DNA from: Fimbriosthenelais zetlandica
Taxonomy: Eukaryota
Direction: 5' to 3'
DNA: 64,000 bases
NCBI GenBank assembly: GCA_977030845.1
Contig: OZ365116.1
Coordinates: 16,244,001 to 16,308,000, forward strand
The translations under genes and the position numbers were made by a program. Every line of letters begins with the position of its first letter. The stretch's first letter is position 1. The notes beneath the pieces are model-generated. The model ran no database searches and had not been told where the DNA came from. It worked only from the letters and a program-made list of their open reading frames with translations. This document shows positions 1 to 12,421 of the stretch, piece by piece.

Positions 1-1802
1 ATCTCAAGAATGGCTTTAATCATTCATCTTGAAAATATTGTCACGTGAAAATATCTGGGAATACAATATAGTGGCTAATGAACAAGCATGCATCCGCACA
101 ACTCAGGGTAGGCCATTGTCAATATTGATTCGCCATTTTGTAAACAGTCTGTGAGGAGGGTGGAGGCAATATCCGACAATAAGACCCATAAATGCACCTC
201 CTAAATTAGAGACTTCCAGGCAGATGTAACAAACATGTTTTTTTACTTCAGGGTTGTGTAAGCAGAGAGGCTTATTTTTATTAGATGATTTTATTTTTAA
301 AATTTGTACCGGAAATAAAAGGAAGTGGGAAATATAACAAATCTTAAATTGAAAGTACATCAGACTTTTGTGATAACTTTTTAGTATTTCCGATGAACTG
401 AAAAGTGAGTCTGCTCAGACTTCCTGTGAAAAAGACACTGCAATTGTGGCCATACAAAAGCTGGCCCCTCACCATCTCCTCTACCTGCCACTAGATAGAA
501 CCCTGGTCAGAAACAGGATGTCATAAAACGACGCCGAGTTATGACCTGGCATGCTGGGATAGCGGCCCTCAGGGTATCATTCACACTCCCTGGTGGTGAG
601 AGTCGTACTAAGAGAAGGCTGAGAACAGGTTGAGAGGGAGAGGCGGTCAATAAAAGGGGAATCTATAATACCTTTCTCTCCTTCATCTCTCTCTTCTCTC
701 TCACACCCAAAGCTCCCAAAGGTCTAATCTCTAGCTACATGTCAGCTAGGAGAATGCTAATTTATTTACTATTTTCATGACCTATTCATTAGAGACAATA
801 TGCACAGGCTTTCGTATCAATATTGATCTATTTCTTTCTCTAGTGTTCACCTTAATTCATATGTTGATTTAATTCACAGAAAATGCAAGAGAGCAATAGA
901 ATAAAGAGGATTACAGAGGAAATATAACGACAGAAAGATGTAGTGGGAGATGTATGAGCACAGTTATGATAATCTGTATTCATTGGATGTATATTGTGTG
1001 TGTGGCTTAGACGAGGACTTCAATCATTGATCCATAACTCAGGAGGATGATAATCCCCGTACATCTACACCTGACAATCCCAAATCATCACAGGTGAGAG
1101 GAGCCCATCCCTCACACCCCACCCCCGCCTCCCCGACTCCAGCCATGCCATAATTATAAGCCTGTATGTCAGATACCACAAACATGTTATGATGCAACCA
1201 TATTAATGAATTAAGGAAAACATAAAATTACACAAAAACGCATACATTAAATTGTACTTGATACTCCTCTGATTCCAGGTTCAATCATTTGACCCTATCA
1301 AGATTCCGAGCAGGTGATTCTTGAAGGCTGGTAAACTTGAACTGAATGTGAAGAAATGTGACGCCTGTTTTATTCAATCTGTTTTCAAAGGCCTTTATCC
1401 TGACTCAGATTAAATTTAATCTTTGTACTGACGTGAGGTCTGATGAGAAGTTAAGATTTTGTGGCCTCACATTTTATGTTTAAATCTGACCTTTTTGGTT
1501 AGTCCTAATAAAGATAAAGACAGTTATAGTAATTCCCTTTTGCAATCAGACATACATGGATATTGCCCGGGAGTAAAAGCAATTAGGATTGAAAGTATCT
1601 GAAGTCATAGACACAGGTTAGATGAAGAGGCATTAAAAGGGAACCGAGGCCATGGCATGTCTTCTGGGCAATCTGTTTACATCCAGCCAAGCTGACCGAA
1701 GTAAATGAGCCGAAAGCTTCCAACAGACTTTAATATTTGATGTTTTCTTTCAAAAGAACAATCACCTGAACATCCTACATTTGTCTAGGTAAGGGCTGAT
1801 GC

Positions 1803-1865
1803 CGTCAGTTCATACAGGTCACCCTCCTGGAATAGATGACCTTGGGTTCAAACCCTGAGCAGGTG
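1803..1865 (+). mobile_element. Degenerate tRNA-derived SINE-like head
   Basis: B box GGTTCAAACCC at 1845-1855 with a weak A-box-like TCAGTTCATACAGG upstream. Confidence 0.3.
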
Positions 1866-4049
1866 TTTTATCATCCATTCTCCGGTTGTTCTGCACTATA
1901 AATATCAGCGGTTCTACTTACTTCCAAACCCCACTATTTCACCCAGCCCATCTTCCTACTTCTCATCCACCATTCCAGAGTATTTCTCCCGATAGATAGG
2001 AAACCCCCGATGACTGTCCCTCCAAGAGCAACAGCGAATCTGATCAACAATCGGAAAGCATTCAACTAATAGAAAGAAAACACCCAACCAGAATTACTTA
2101 CACTCAATCGGGTCTAAGATCTCCCCAGATAAACTGGCAGAGCCCCTTGAAGGCAGGGTTAAGCCGGGAGCAAGGCAGGAGAGGGTTAAAGGCTGTCATT
2201 GAGGCCTAATTTGATCTGGGAATTGCCAGAAATGATAAACGTTCCTTGAGGAATTAAAGTCGAGTCAGGGGAACAAGGCCTTCTCACTACGGACAGCCCC
2301 TGGAAAATTATACACTGGGTGAAAGAGCTGAGACCAGGGCAAATAGGTCAACTCAAAATAATATTAAGGTCATCGCTTTTTTTGCTTGAATGCATTTTCG
2401 CTATTTATTTCATACTATCGGTTTCTTTTCACATTGAAGAAACTTGAAACATAGTAGTTCCTCCAAAAGTGGCGATTCCAATAGAAAAATATTTACAAGG
2501 GATCACAATTGAAAAGCATGAGACGAAATGAAAAATGCAATATCTGCAATATATCAGAGAATCCATGCTTCGTCCTCCTCTGTCCCTTTCTGTCCTTTTT
2601 ACCCTATCCCTCCTGACTCCTTACCCTATCCGTCTCCACCCCATCTATTAACCCACTGAGCGCCTCCCTAGCCAAGCCAATCATTGCCTTTCTTGATTTC
2701 TGACCGACACACCATTAGATGCTGGCAGCCTTACAGGTTAGCCCCTGCCCAGCAAGCCTCTTTATACCCAGCTGGGTGCGGAGGCGGTGGGAAAACCTCA
2801 TTGTCCAAGCGATTACAGCGGGAAGTGGTTTGAGGTCAGGGCAGGGGAGGACTTATTGAGTTACTTTGGCTGGGGATGAGGAAGCCAGGAGAAGAGAGAG
2901 AGGAGGGACATTGAGGCAGAGGGGGAAGATATGGGAGAGAAAAGGCAAAGAGAGTGGCAGACAAGGGAAGAAGGCTGGTTTTGAAAGAAGGGATAGCAAT
3001 ATTAATAGAAAGGGGGTGGCGAGGGCCTTGAGGATGGATCGAAGGTTAGAAATTCATTATGAGTTCCAAAGGAATCTATGACAAAAAAATCAATCGCAAT
3101 GTTCTTAAATGAAATCATTAAATGGAACGGAGAGAGGATGAGCTGGAATTAAGAAAAAAAAGGATCAATGAAAGACTTTGGTGAGAAGCTCCACATCTGC
3201 CGAAGTTGGCCAGCTGAATGTACCCAGGGGAATCTGAGCTAAATATTTGGAAAAGCAATAAAACAGAGAATATTAATATTTTAACGATCAGGTGGGGCAG
3301 ATGGTGGGTCGTCTCCCTTCATTCCTTCTTTCATTAAATCCTTCCCTGAATATGGAAGTTAACAGGGAATGTGTGTGGGGGTGGGGGGACCTGCCAGCCC
3401 CCCTCTTCTGTTCTTCTGATTGGCTATTACCACCTAGGTTGCCCCGGGTCAATACGCAGTGTAATATGTCATGGGAGGTCTCAGCAGGGGAGAATTTACC
3501 AGTAAATACAATCGCTTGCCGTGTGAGAGATTCGGCTGGGAGGTGGCGATGCTCAAGAAGTGCTCAGCGTTTTAAAGGCGTGTCATGGATCTCAGGTTCC
3601 TGAAGACAATACATCATGGAACTTCACAGAGATGTGCTAGAAACACCTGCTGGCTCTTCACCACAATATACCGCCCCGCCGACTAGCAGGCTTAGAGATT
3701 AAGCACACATACAGTGTTAATATTTGCTTGTGATAATTTAGCTAGAATTTAACAGAGAAGGGTGTTTTGATGAATGTCAATTCAAAAACGATACCAACGG
3801 ATGTTCTAGAGGCGCGTTTTATGTGGATTTCCTGCTATCTAGATAGCTAGCTATATCATCCCCTGAGCAAAAGATTGTGAGTGGCGAACAGTGATTTGCA
3901 TGTAACAATGTAAAGCTGAATCCTAGGTATTCATCAGGAAAAATATAATGAACCTGAAGTGGAATTATATATTTATGCTACAAATAAAATTCTTCTGCAC
4001 AAAAAGGTCCTAATGCCTTAATGTAAGTCATTAATCAGGACACAATACC

Positions 4050-4063
4050 GTTACCATAGCAAC
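4050..4063. promoter_or_regulatory. RFX X-box motif
   Basis: GTTACCATAGCAAC matches the GTHNYY-AT-RRNAAC consensus. Confidence 0.5.
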
Positions 4064-6225
4064 CAAGAATGTATCAATAAAGTACCCCCTTGAGCCACAG
4101 CGAATCAAAGCGATCAATCAGACAAGAAGAATCAGGAAAAGAATCTCCACCAGCTTGAGTGGAAGATTAGACATGGATCTTATTAATTTGAATATAAATT
4201 CACTGAAACTTAACTCAGAAGAAGCATTACGGGAAGAGTTCATAAAACACATCAAACCCCTCCATCATAACAGGTAAACTATTATTTAAACGCTTTACAC
4301 GGCATTTCTTTGGTAAAGGAAGGAAAAGGGGAGCTAGTTACGGTGATTAATGCCATCTATTGAGGAAGAGACAAACTAGTCTCTGCACTGTGACAAGGAC
4401 AAATGATCAAGTTGAATTAAAGCTCCGGGCCAGCGTTAAATCAGCAGGCCTCCTATCAAACTGGCTTGTTTCACTATGATAAATCAGGCCAGAAAACTGA
4501 TAAAGATTCCTATCATTAATAGGACAGGCAGAGTTCTATCTGGGGTTAGCCTGTTGGCTAGAACACTAATATACTTACTCCAATCAAGGCCACTCTTTCT
4601 ATGGAGACTCGTAAGTTGCCTTCTCTGCAATTCTAGTCCAGGATCAAAAGGCTGTCCTGGCCACATTGGATGCCTTGGTCAGTCCTAGATTGGACAATCC
4701 GAAGGAAATATGCCCAAAAGCTAGCTACAGCTGCTATATTTAATTTTGAACGCTAGCCACTTTTTACTCAGACTGGTATTTAGAGGGACAGGGAAAGGAA
4801 GGTATAGAGGGAGACGAATCCAGGGGAGCACTAAACTTGCCCTGGCTTCAGCTCTCAATGAAAATATGTATTGTTGACAGGCAGACTGCTCCTTTGTTGA
4901 CCTACTTGATTTCACAAAAATCAGTATACCATATCAGGTCTAAAAAACCCTAACGAATCAAGGTCTTTAATATTCCATGGAGGCATGGAGAAAGTTTAGT
5001 TCATTAAGAACTTTTTCTTCTCAATATCTAAGATCTAGTCGCAGTTTATAACAGTCTAAAACCTAATAACTCTACTCCACCTATTGCCACTAATTGCTTC
5101 TTATCTTTTCTTATCTCTCTTATCCCTCCTTTCTTTCCTCACCAATCACCACTTAGGACATAAATGCCTTTTTTATGCAGAAGACAAAGTGATGGCCTGT
5201 CGAAGCAACACCCAAGCTTCGTTCACCCACCAATCTTTTATATGTCATATCTATTTTCTGCTGGATCAAGGCGTCGACTCGCTTCTACTTACTATAACCT
5301 TTTTCCATCATAGGCTGCTGACTTATTTATGGTCTTATCCGGTCTCCGCTGAAGTGCCGACATGGCATTTACGGCAGAATGTGATGTTTAGAAATAATCC
5401 CAGAAGCAAAATATAGGCAAACCAGGGACGGTACAAGACAAGAATAGCATCAACGAGTCTTAACTTCATAGACCTCCAATCTACAGTCAGGACAGTTGAG
5501 GTTTTTTCAGCTCGCAGCACATTCTTCCTCCATTTCTAAGTAGCCTAGTAACTATTGCCCAGGAGACAAAGATAAACTGGCTCGATGATCCATCAGCCCA
5601 CTGGCTTCATGAAAGACCTTGGCTTTACTAGCAGCCATTTATAGCCATTCGTAACCCTTGGTAAAGATGCGGCAGGATGACTTTGAACCTCAACCATAAA
5701 AAACAACAACTGAGCGGTCACCGTAAAGCAACATCCTGACCACTTTCAGCTCTGTAGACCTTTAGAGAAGACATTAGTGGAGATACATAGAGCTTCAATA
5801 GAGGAGCGAGGAAGACAGAGGGGGAGAGATAGCAGGCCCTGCATTCATCATAAGACTAATGTCTAACACTATCTGTGGAACAGCGGAGGCGGAAGCTCAA
5901 TAAACTACCAGAGTCACCGACGGACTGCCTGAGATGGCGCAGAATAACCCAGGAGAGAACAAGCTGGAAAATCAGGGGCAGAAAAGAGGAAAAGAACCGG
6001 GCATAAACAAGAACAGAATAGCCAGGGGCCCAATGATTCTAAGAATGACATAAAGTCTATCAAGGCAAATATGAAAGAACCTTGATGTTTGGCTGCAGGC
6101 TGTTCTCAACAGTTACAGAATGGATTTAAAATGAAAAATCATCTCTGGATTTATGGTCTGAAGAAGCATACTTAGCCACCAAAGCCAATTCCTGTCCTCA
6201 CCAATACGTTAGCACAAGATTACAA

Positions 6226-6239
6226 GTATCCATAGCAAC
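6226..6239. promoter_or_regulatory. RFX X-box motif
   Basis: GTATCCATAGCAAC. Confidence 0.45.
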
Positions 6240-6452
6240 AAATATCCCAGCTTTGCCAATAAGTCCAGATCAAAGATTGTAATGGCAAAAGGTTAATGCG
6301 TAAAAAAGATCAAAGCAGTGGCAACATGAAATAACTTACCATGGAAATGTAGGTTACTATGCCAATACTGGTCACATATGCAATTGGCAGAAAAAGAAAT
6401 GTGGCTGCACCACAAAGCAGATTCTCCCAAAGATGCCAATCAAAATGCTTAC

Positions 6453-6467
6453 CATGTCTCTTTGGAC
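6453..6467 (-). CDS. Candidate 15-nt frame-preserving microexon in GRIK intron 2 (adds G-P-K-R-H)
   Basis: Minus strand reads TCTTGACTCTTTTGTCTTTTCTGTGTCAG|GTCCAAAGAGACATG|GTAAGC: branch-like TTGAC, pyrimidine tract, CAG, 15 nt, consensus donor. Phase 1-1 compatible with exon 2, no stop codon. Confidence 0.5.
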
Positions 6468-6523
6468 CTGACACAGAAAAGACAAAAGAGTCAAGATAGT
6501 TTCGTTGCTACGGTGGGCATTGG

Positions 6524-6537
6524 GTATCCATGGAAAC
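6524..6537. promoter_or_regulatory. RFX X-box motif
   Basis: GTATCCATGGAAAC. Confidence 0.45.
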
Positions 6538-6809
6538 CCCTCGTCAGTGAGACAATAAAGATATAGAGAATATTAACGCTCATGAAGAGACAACAATTGT
6601 CGGTACTGTGTCTACACAGCGATGATTAAATACCAGTAAAACCGGACCCACTCCATATCATGCCATGCAGTTATGGCCGAACTCCGATGGGGAAATAGAA
6701 CTAGAAGAAAGCATGGGATGGATGGATGGGCAGATGATGATAGAGAGAAGGGGACAGGAAATGGAAAGGGAGTGAGGAATTAGGAATGGAAGTGAAGAAT
6801 CATGGGAAT

Positions 6810-6870
6810 GCGGACAAGATTTAAACCCTGAACCTGGGAGATAGGCAGTTGTTGCTCCAACCAGGTGACC
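6810..6870 (-). mobile_element. Degenerate tRNA-derived SINE-like head
   Basis: Minus strand TCACCTGGTTGGAGC...CAGGTTCAGGGTTTAAATCTTG; A- and B-box-like with mismatches. Confidence 0.3.
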
Positions 6871-9800
6871 TTATTGTCTCTCTAGTGGCAGAAATCTGGT
6901 GTTTGAGGTTGATTGTCCATACTAGTACCAGATAATCTCCCCACACAAACATAGCACCACCTGCAGGCTGATTTGGGTACAGAGTAGGGTCTATCAGAGG
7001 GTTAAGGTATTAGGCTGATGTAGGAGATAGGTGGACAGTGAGCAGAATATCAGGCAAGGTCACCAAAACAGAGGCCCGGCATTAAATCTGAGGGAGGTGT
7101 ATGTCCCAGGTTTCCAAATTATACACTGAGGCATATAATGTAAAGAGAGGCATCTTTTCTCTAGCCTACCTCACTTCTCAGGATATCTTGCATACATATA
7201 GATGCCCATATGCAAGTTCTCTCGCTAAATATCCATTTCACAGAAGGCAACTGTTAACTATACAACCTTCAGCAGATCGACATATTCCAGTGATCTAGCA
7301 TGCACATAAACATGACTTTTAATGAATGATTCAGCAAAAGGCAGGAAAATTATTAGAGACACAAATTGGCCTGGCCTTGGTGAAGCTGGGCGCCAGGATA
7401 TTCTGTGTTTGCCGCTGACTGATCAAAGAGGAAGCTGTCAGTATGTTGGTACCCTGGCTCGCTCCGCTGATAGGCCCGTCAAGAAAACGACAACCCCCTC
7501 TATCAGCAAACTGACAAACTAGTGTAACCCAGCACCTAACAAACTTGTTAATCCCAAGTGAGCTAAAATAGGGGAATTGAGAGAGGCTGGGGTTGGCGAG
7601 AAGCAGGGGGCTGAAAGAGGCTGCAGAGGAAGTGGGAGATGGATATCACATCAAGGAGCCTGGGAATTGTGGGTATTGTGTTTTAATTAGCTGGACAAGT
7701 CTGGAGTGAAAGAGGAGGGATAAGAAAAAGGGGAAGTGGGTGAAGGGGAGGGGGGGGGGGGGTAGTCTCTGGATAGAGGCAGTATAGAGGTGGAAAGTAA
7801 TGGAGAGAAGGAAAGTAAATCTGAGAAGGGAGGGTGAAGTGGAGGATATGGAGAAATGGGCATATATTAAGCAAGAGGTTGGGGAGAGGTAGAGCAGAGC
7901 TGATAGAGAAGAACGCCATGGTTATGGCAATAGAAACTTCTAATCCTCCAAATGAAGCCTACAAGGAGAGACATGGTCGGAAGTGTTGAAGCTAATGAAC
8001 AAAGCCGTTCGTAATTAACTGCAGGAAGAGAAAACCAATCCTAATAGATTCCATGTCAACCTCCAACAGACAAGAGGGTATGTGACAAGATGGAAATGCA
8101 CAAATGAAAAAAATCAATTTAGTTCAGCTGATACAGCATTAGTTTTTTGACAGATAGGTTGCAGGTTAGATCTCGTCTTTTCCAGGCATGTATAGATTAC
8201 CCAGATGCCACCCGTCCTGCAACTCACAAATGCACATAGAATGAGATGCAAGCACGTTATATTTTCATCTGTGGGTTGACATGCATCCAAGATGTGAATC
8301 TAGAGTAAAAATGGGAAAAAATAGAACCACGCTGCGAACCTCAAACCTCAAATGCCTTCGATAAACCAATCTGATAGGATCAAGCCTTCCCACATCACAC
8401 TCCCTACTTCCCCTCCATGTCCAATAATTCCTAATTAAGACACTAATTAACACAGCTTAGACTCCTTCGCCTCCACCCCTAACACCCCTCTCCCTCGCCT
8501 CCCACCCAACGCCGGTTATCAAGCTTTGATCTTCCCCACGTTTGCTTAGAAAACCCGGGAAACCTACCCCGTGCATTCCATTCCGCCAGATCCCCATGGG
8601 AATATTTCAAATTAGAAATTAATGATTGCAATTTAATATTGATTTCAAACGGAAGGAACGCCAATTTAATGTTCGGCATCAAATATTTCTAAACTGGAAA
8701 CTGGGGGAGATGCAAGCCTTTAGTTAAGGTGTTTCAAGTGGTTTTCGACATTGCCTCTCAGCTTTTACCACAAGGGACGAGTCACAACGATTACCGATGA
8801 AATTTAACTTTCATGATAAATTTTATGATCAAGTAGGAAATTAAACTTTAACTCTGTGATCTCAAACATTTCAGAGCATCAGGAAACACTTAGCTAAATA
8901 TTCTACTTTCATGTTATCATTTCAGTCTGACAAAGAATTTATCATCTGGAATAAAATTGATGTACTGCACCCAATTCAATGAAGAGTTTTGATCAATAAA
9001 ACCAGCAATTCTCATTCAACTTAAATGTCCAGATAGCGTTTGTCTTCATGGATTGAGTTCTGACAAGCACCTCATCTTTTACTCTTTCTTTGTGCAGGTC
9101 TGAATTTATCTCACTAAACTAAAGTCGTATAGACATTTAATTCTCCATCATTTCATGTTAGATGAATTTCTAACGTGTGAATGAATGGATCGATATAACA
9201 TCTCAGGTTTCTAAGGATCGCCTCACATCTGTCTTCATCGTTTTACATTCAATTGAACCCACGCAGTGACAAGGAACCAAAGCCGATGAAGGTGTCAGAC
9301 CGTCACCACTATAATGTGGTCTTATCCTACACCTGAACACAGATATATATATTATATATATCACTCACGATGGCTGAATACTTTTCTGTGAAATGTATTT
9401 TCCAGATTACTAGTGGGTTTCGGCCGCTTTGGCTTTGGTTTTCCTGCTACAGAGAAAGGAATTCGTGACAAATTGTGATGTCATTTCAACCCTCTACACT
9501 ATTCTCTAGTCTCACTAGGAACATGTGACCAGATTCAACCAATCAGAGCCAAGCTGTAGCTAATCACGCAGAGGTGCCATTTACTGTATTGAGACCTGAA
9601 GTCATGTAAAGGTCAGGACCCTAAGTAAATAGAAATACCTCCACACGTACCTCCTCCACCAACTGAAAGTATTCCACTAATTCTACCAGCATAACGGCTC
9701 CTCTCATGACGTCACAACACTGATAATGACTGGACCACGTGGCCAGGAGATAAGGGATCACATGCTAATTTAGCTAGTGGAACAGAGCACAGTGACTTTA

Positions 9801-12265
9801 AATAATGACATGTTTTAGGACCACCTGGTGGTTCACAGCTTTCTCTTTGTCCTCTATCTTATTAATCTTGTTGGGGTAATGCGTGTGAAGAACAAAAGTT
9901 GGAGGAAGAGGGGATAAAACAAGGCTGAGACTGAGGACAGAAGAAGGTAGTATTTAGCTAACCCAGAGCTTATAGTTCAGATTTAGAGCATCTAGCAAGG
10001 TGAACGACCTCAAAAATCCGCAACCCATCTCACCACCGGCAGCCCTTTTCTCACAATCTCAGTTCCCGTGCAAGATGGTGTCTCTGAGGATGATGATCAT
10101 TGATATTAAGTGTCAATAGAGACTTTATTAAAGCCTTTCCCCCCATCTCCATCCGCCTCGCCTGCACCCCATCCCCTCTCCACTCTCCCATGGGAAGAGA
10201 GACTAATGAAAGTTTGATGTTTAGTTCACACGCCTGTCACCAGGGCTATAATTAGCTTGTAATGAACCAGAATGATGGACACTGAAATAATTCCCAACTG
10301 CTGCGGGCCCTGATGGAAATATAAGGCAGGGATCCATTGGGGTTTTGATAACATAAATCGATCTAAGGATGGCCATAAAGACTGGCTATTTCATTGATCT
10401 AAGTCCTGATCTTTCATGTATGAGTAAAAATCCCCTGGATGAATGCCACCATCGTCAGAAGTAGCGCAGCTTGGTCTGAATGTTGTTAGCGTAGTGATAA
10501 GTACCAGAGCTATGACAACACCACCTGTTGTTCAGTTTGATCACTAGAGGGCATCCCATGTATCATTACTTATTCACACAACACGAGACAAGTGTAAAAA
10601 TACCAGCTCACGTCTTCAACAAATACTACACATTACACACCGCCCAACAGCTGCGGCTTCCTTAGACCGGGGCATTTTAAAGACGTTACAGGTTCAAATC
10701 CTATCAGTGGTATATTCTATGCTTCTCGGTTTTACAGTGCATGCACACTGTAATGTGCATTGATTGCCGCTGAACAAAAAAAAATAGTTGAAAAGAAACA
10801 AACTTAGAAAAGTACGGTAGGTCTTAGAAAAGTAGGATGGGTCTCCCAGCAGGAAGATCTTCGAAGTGAGATGGCATACAAAGAAAAAAAGAAAAATGTT
10901 TCCCTTGAAATCTGTCTCACAAATTGAATGTCACAGGTGTACATTCACTGATTCACTTCAAACATTTTACAGTTACTTCTCTATGCATGCCTCGGGCGTA
11001 CCTGCGTGAAGTCACACTATGACAAATGGTAAGCACAATCTTTTTGTTTCCTGCAGACCATCGTTTCTGTAGTTGAAATAAAACACAGTGACAAACGTAC
11101 CTGTGATCTATTTTTCATACTGTACAAGTACAATATATCGCAGTTTGAGACAGACAAGTACATGCAATCCTAGAGTAAAATAGGTGTTTATAATAAATTT
11201 TACTGTAATATATTACACCGATTCCCAATTCTACCTGCCCGCTAACCCTACCCTAATAACTGTGCCTTTGTCCCCCTCCAGCACCTACATAATGAACCTG
11301 TCCTTGTTTGAGGGTGTTCAGCCATGTATAGGACAGCTATCTATATATCATCTGTTCTATCACCAGCCCTAACACATATATCAATGGTCCACTACATCTC
11401 TATAAAGCATGCGCATCACCCACTAAACATACTGCATCACAGCAAGAATAGCACCTCAAAACTTACAACATTTAATATAGACGCATTTAACGTGTAATGT
11501 TAGCCCATGTATAGGTTCACCGGGGCAGTGAAGTGAGCCCCACTTTCACCAGAAGGCAGTAGAGATGCCAGGGACTGGTTTCAATGGTTTGCTGGTGTTT
11601 GTGTGTAGAAGCATTAAACGAGTGGGGATTGAGAGGAGCGGTGAAAGGCAGCGTTCATTAGAGTGTTTAATTGAGGAATTAAGTGACTTCTCACTAAACC
11701 ACTACTGGATTGTGTCAGCCATTAGCTTTAGCTATAGATCTCCAGGCCATGTCAGAGACAAGTAATGAAAATTAACTATAGAACTGCCAGACACATCGCC
11801 ATAATGTCGGTATTGATTTAAGCCACAAGGCTCATGCGAATAAATAAGCCACCTTCAAGTTGCAACATTAAAAAGTTAGTTGCAAAGATGGCAAACCTTG
11901 GAATCTACAAGAGCCCCCCAAGGCCATGGTTGCGAGCTGGCATTCTCCTAAAATTGAGCTCTGATGGAAACACTTTAAGCTGAGGCTTTTCTTGGATTGA
12001 GGTTCACTTATCGTGCTTAATCCATTAATAACTGTGGTCGTAAAGTTTAGACCTTGTTCAGTATAGAGAATCTGAGAGCATGCAGAGGATATTTATGGCC
12101 TAGTCTGATTCTAATATAAGGATATGTTGTCATTAAATAGGAATCAGCTTTTGTATTGTCCGGGAAAGCAGCAAATTCAACTGCAATAATTCCCACAGTG
12201 ACAAGCCTGAGAGCGATCAACCTGAAAGGCTTAGCTTGATGGAAGTCTAAAAAGAAGAGGCGTAC

Positions 12266-12421
12266 CTTTCTTTGCTGCGGTGAAGCTGTCCTCTGCAGGG
12301 AGTTGTTCGATGTCGTAGGTCAGTTTGGTGTAGGGTAAAATGTCCCGCCGAGCATTTATTTTCTCTATGGCATACTTGAAAGCCAACTCCTGACCCCGGT
12401 ATTCATATTCAAAGAGGCCAC
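12266..12421 (-). CDS. GRIK: Second coding exon, amino-terminal (LIVBP-like) domain of a kainate-type glutamate receptor
   Basis: 156-nt phase 1-1 exon bounded by TTACAG| and AAAG|GTACG. It encodes (G)GLFEYEYRGQELAFKYAIEKINARRDILPYTKLTYDIEQLPAEDSFTAAKK, which from memory aligns with GluK2 GGIFE...[42 protein letters not shown]. Confidence 0.93.

Noticed and set aside
1770-1795. Plus-strand AG|GTAAGG junction
   Set aside because: Antisense to the gene with a weak pyrimidine tract; treated as a chance control for the 51609 site.
2280-2300. RE1/NRSE-like sequence (also a right half-site at 37367-37376)
   Set aside because: The left-half core TCAGCACC is badly mismatched or absent, and REST may not exist in this lineage.
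7330-7520. Minus-strand frame VCQFADRGGCRFLDGPISGASQ as GRIK exon 3
   Set aside because: Only a superficial C...G...GP pattern. It lacks the hydrophobic GVAAIFGP strand and the downstream ICNAL..PHI motif, and the acceptor is weak.
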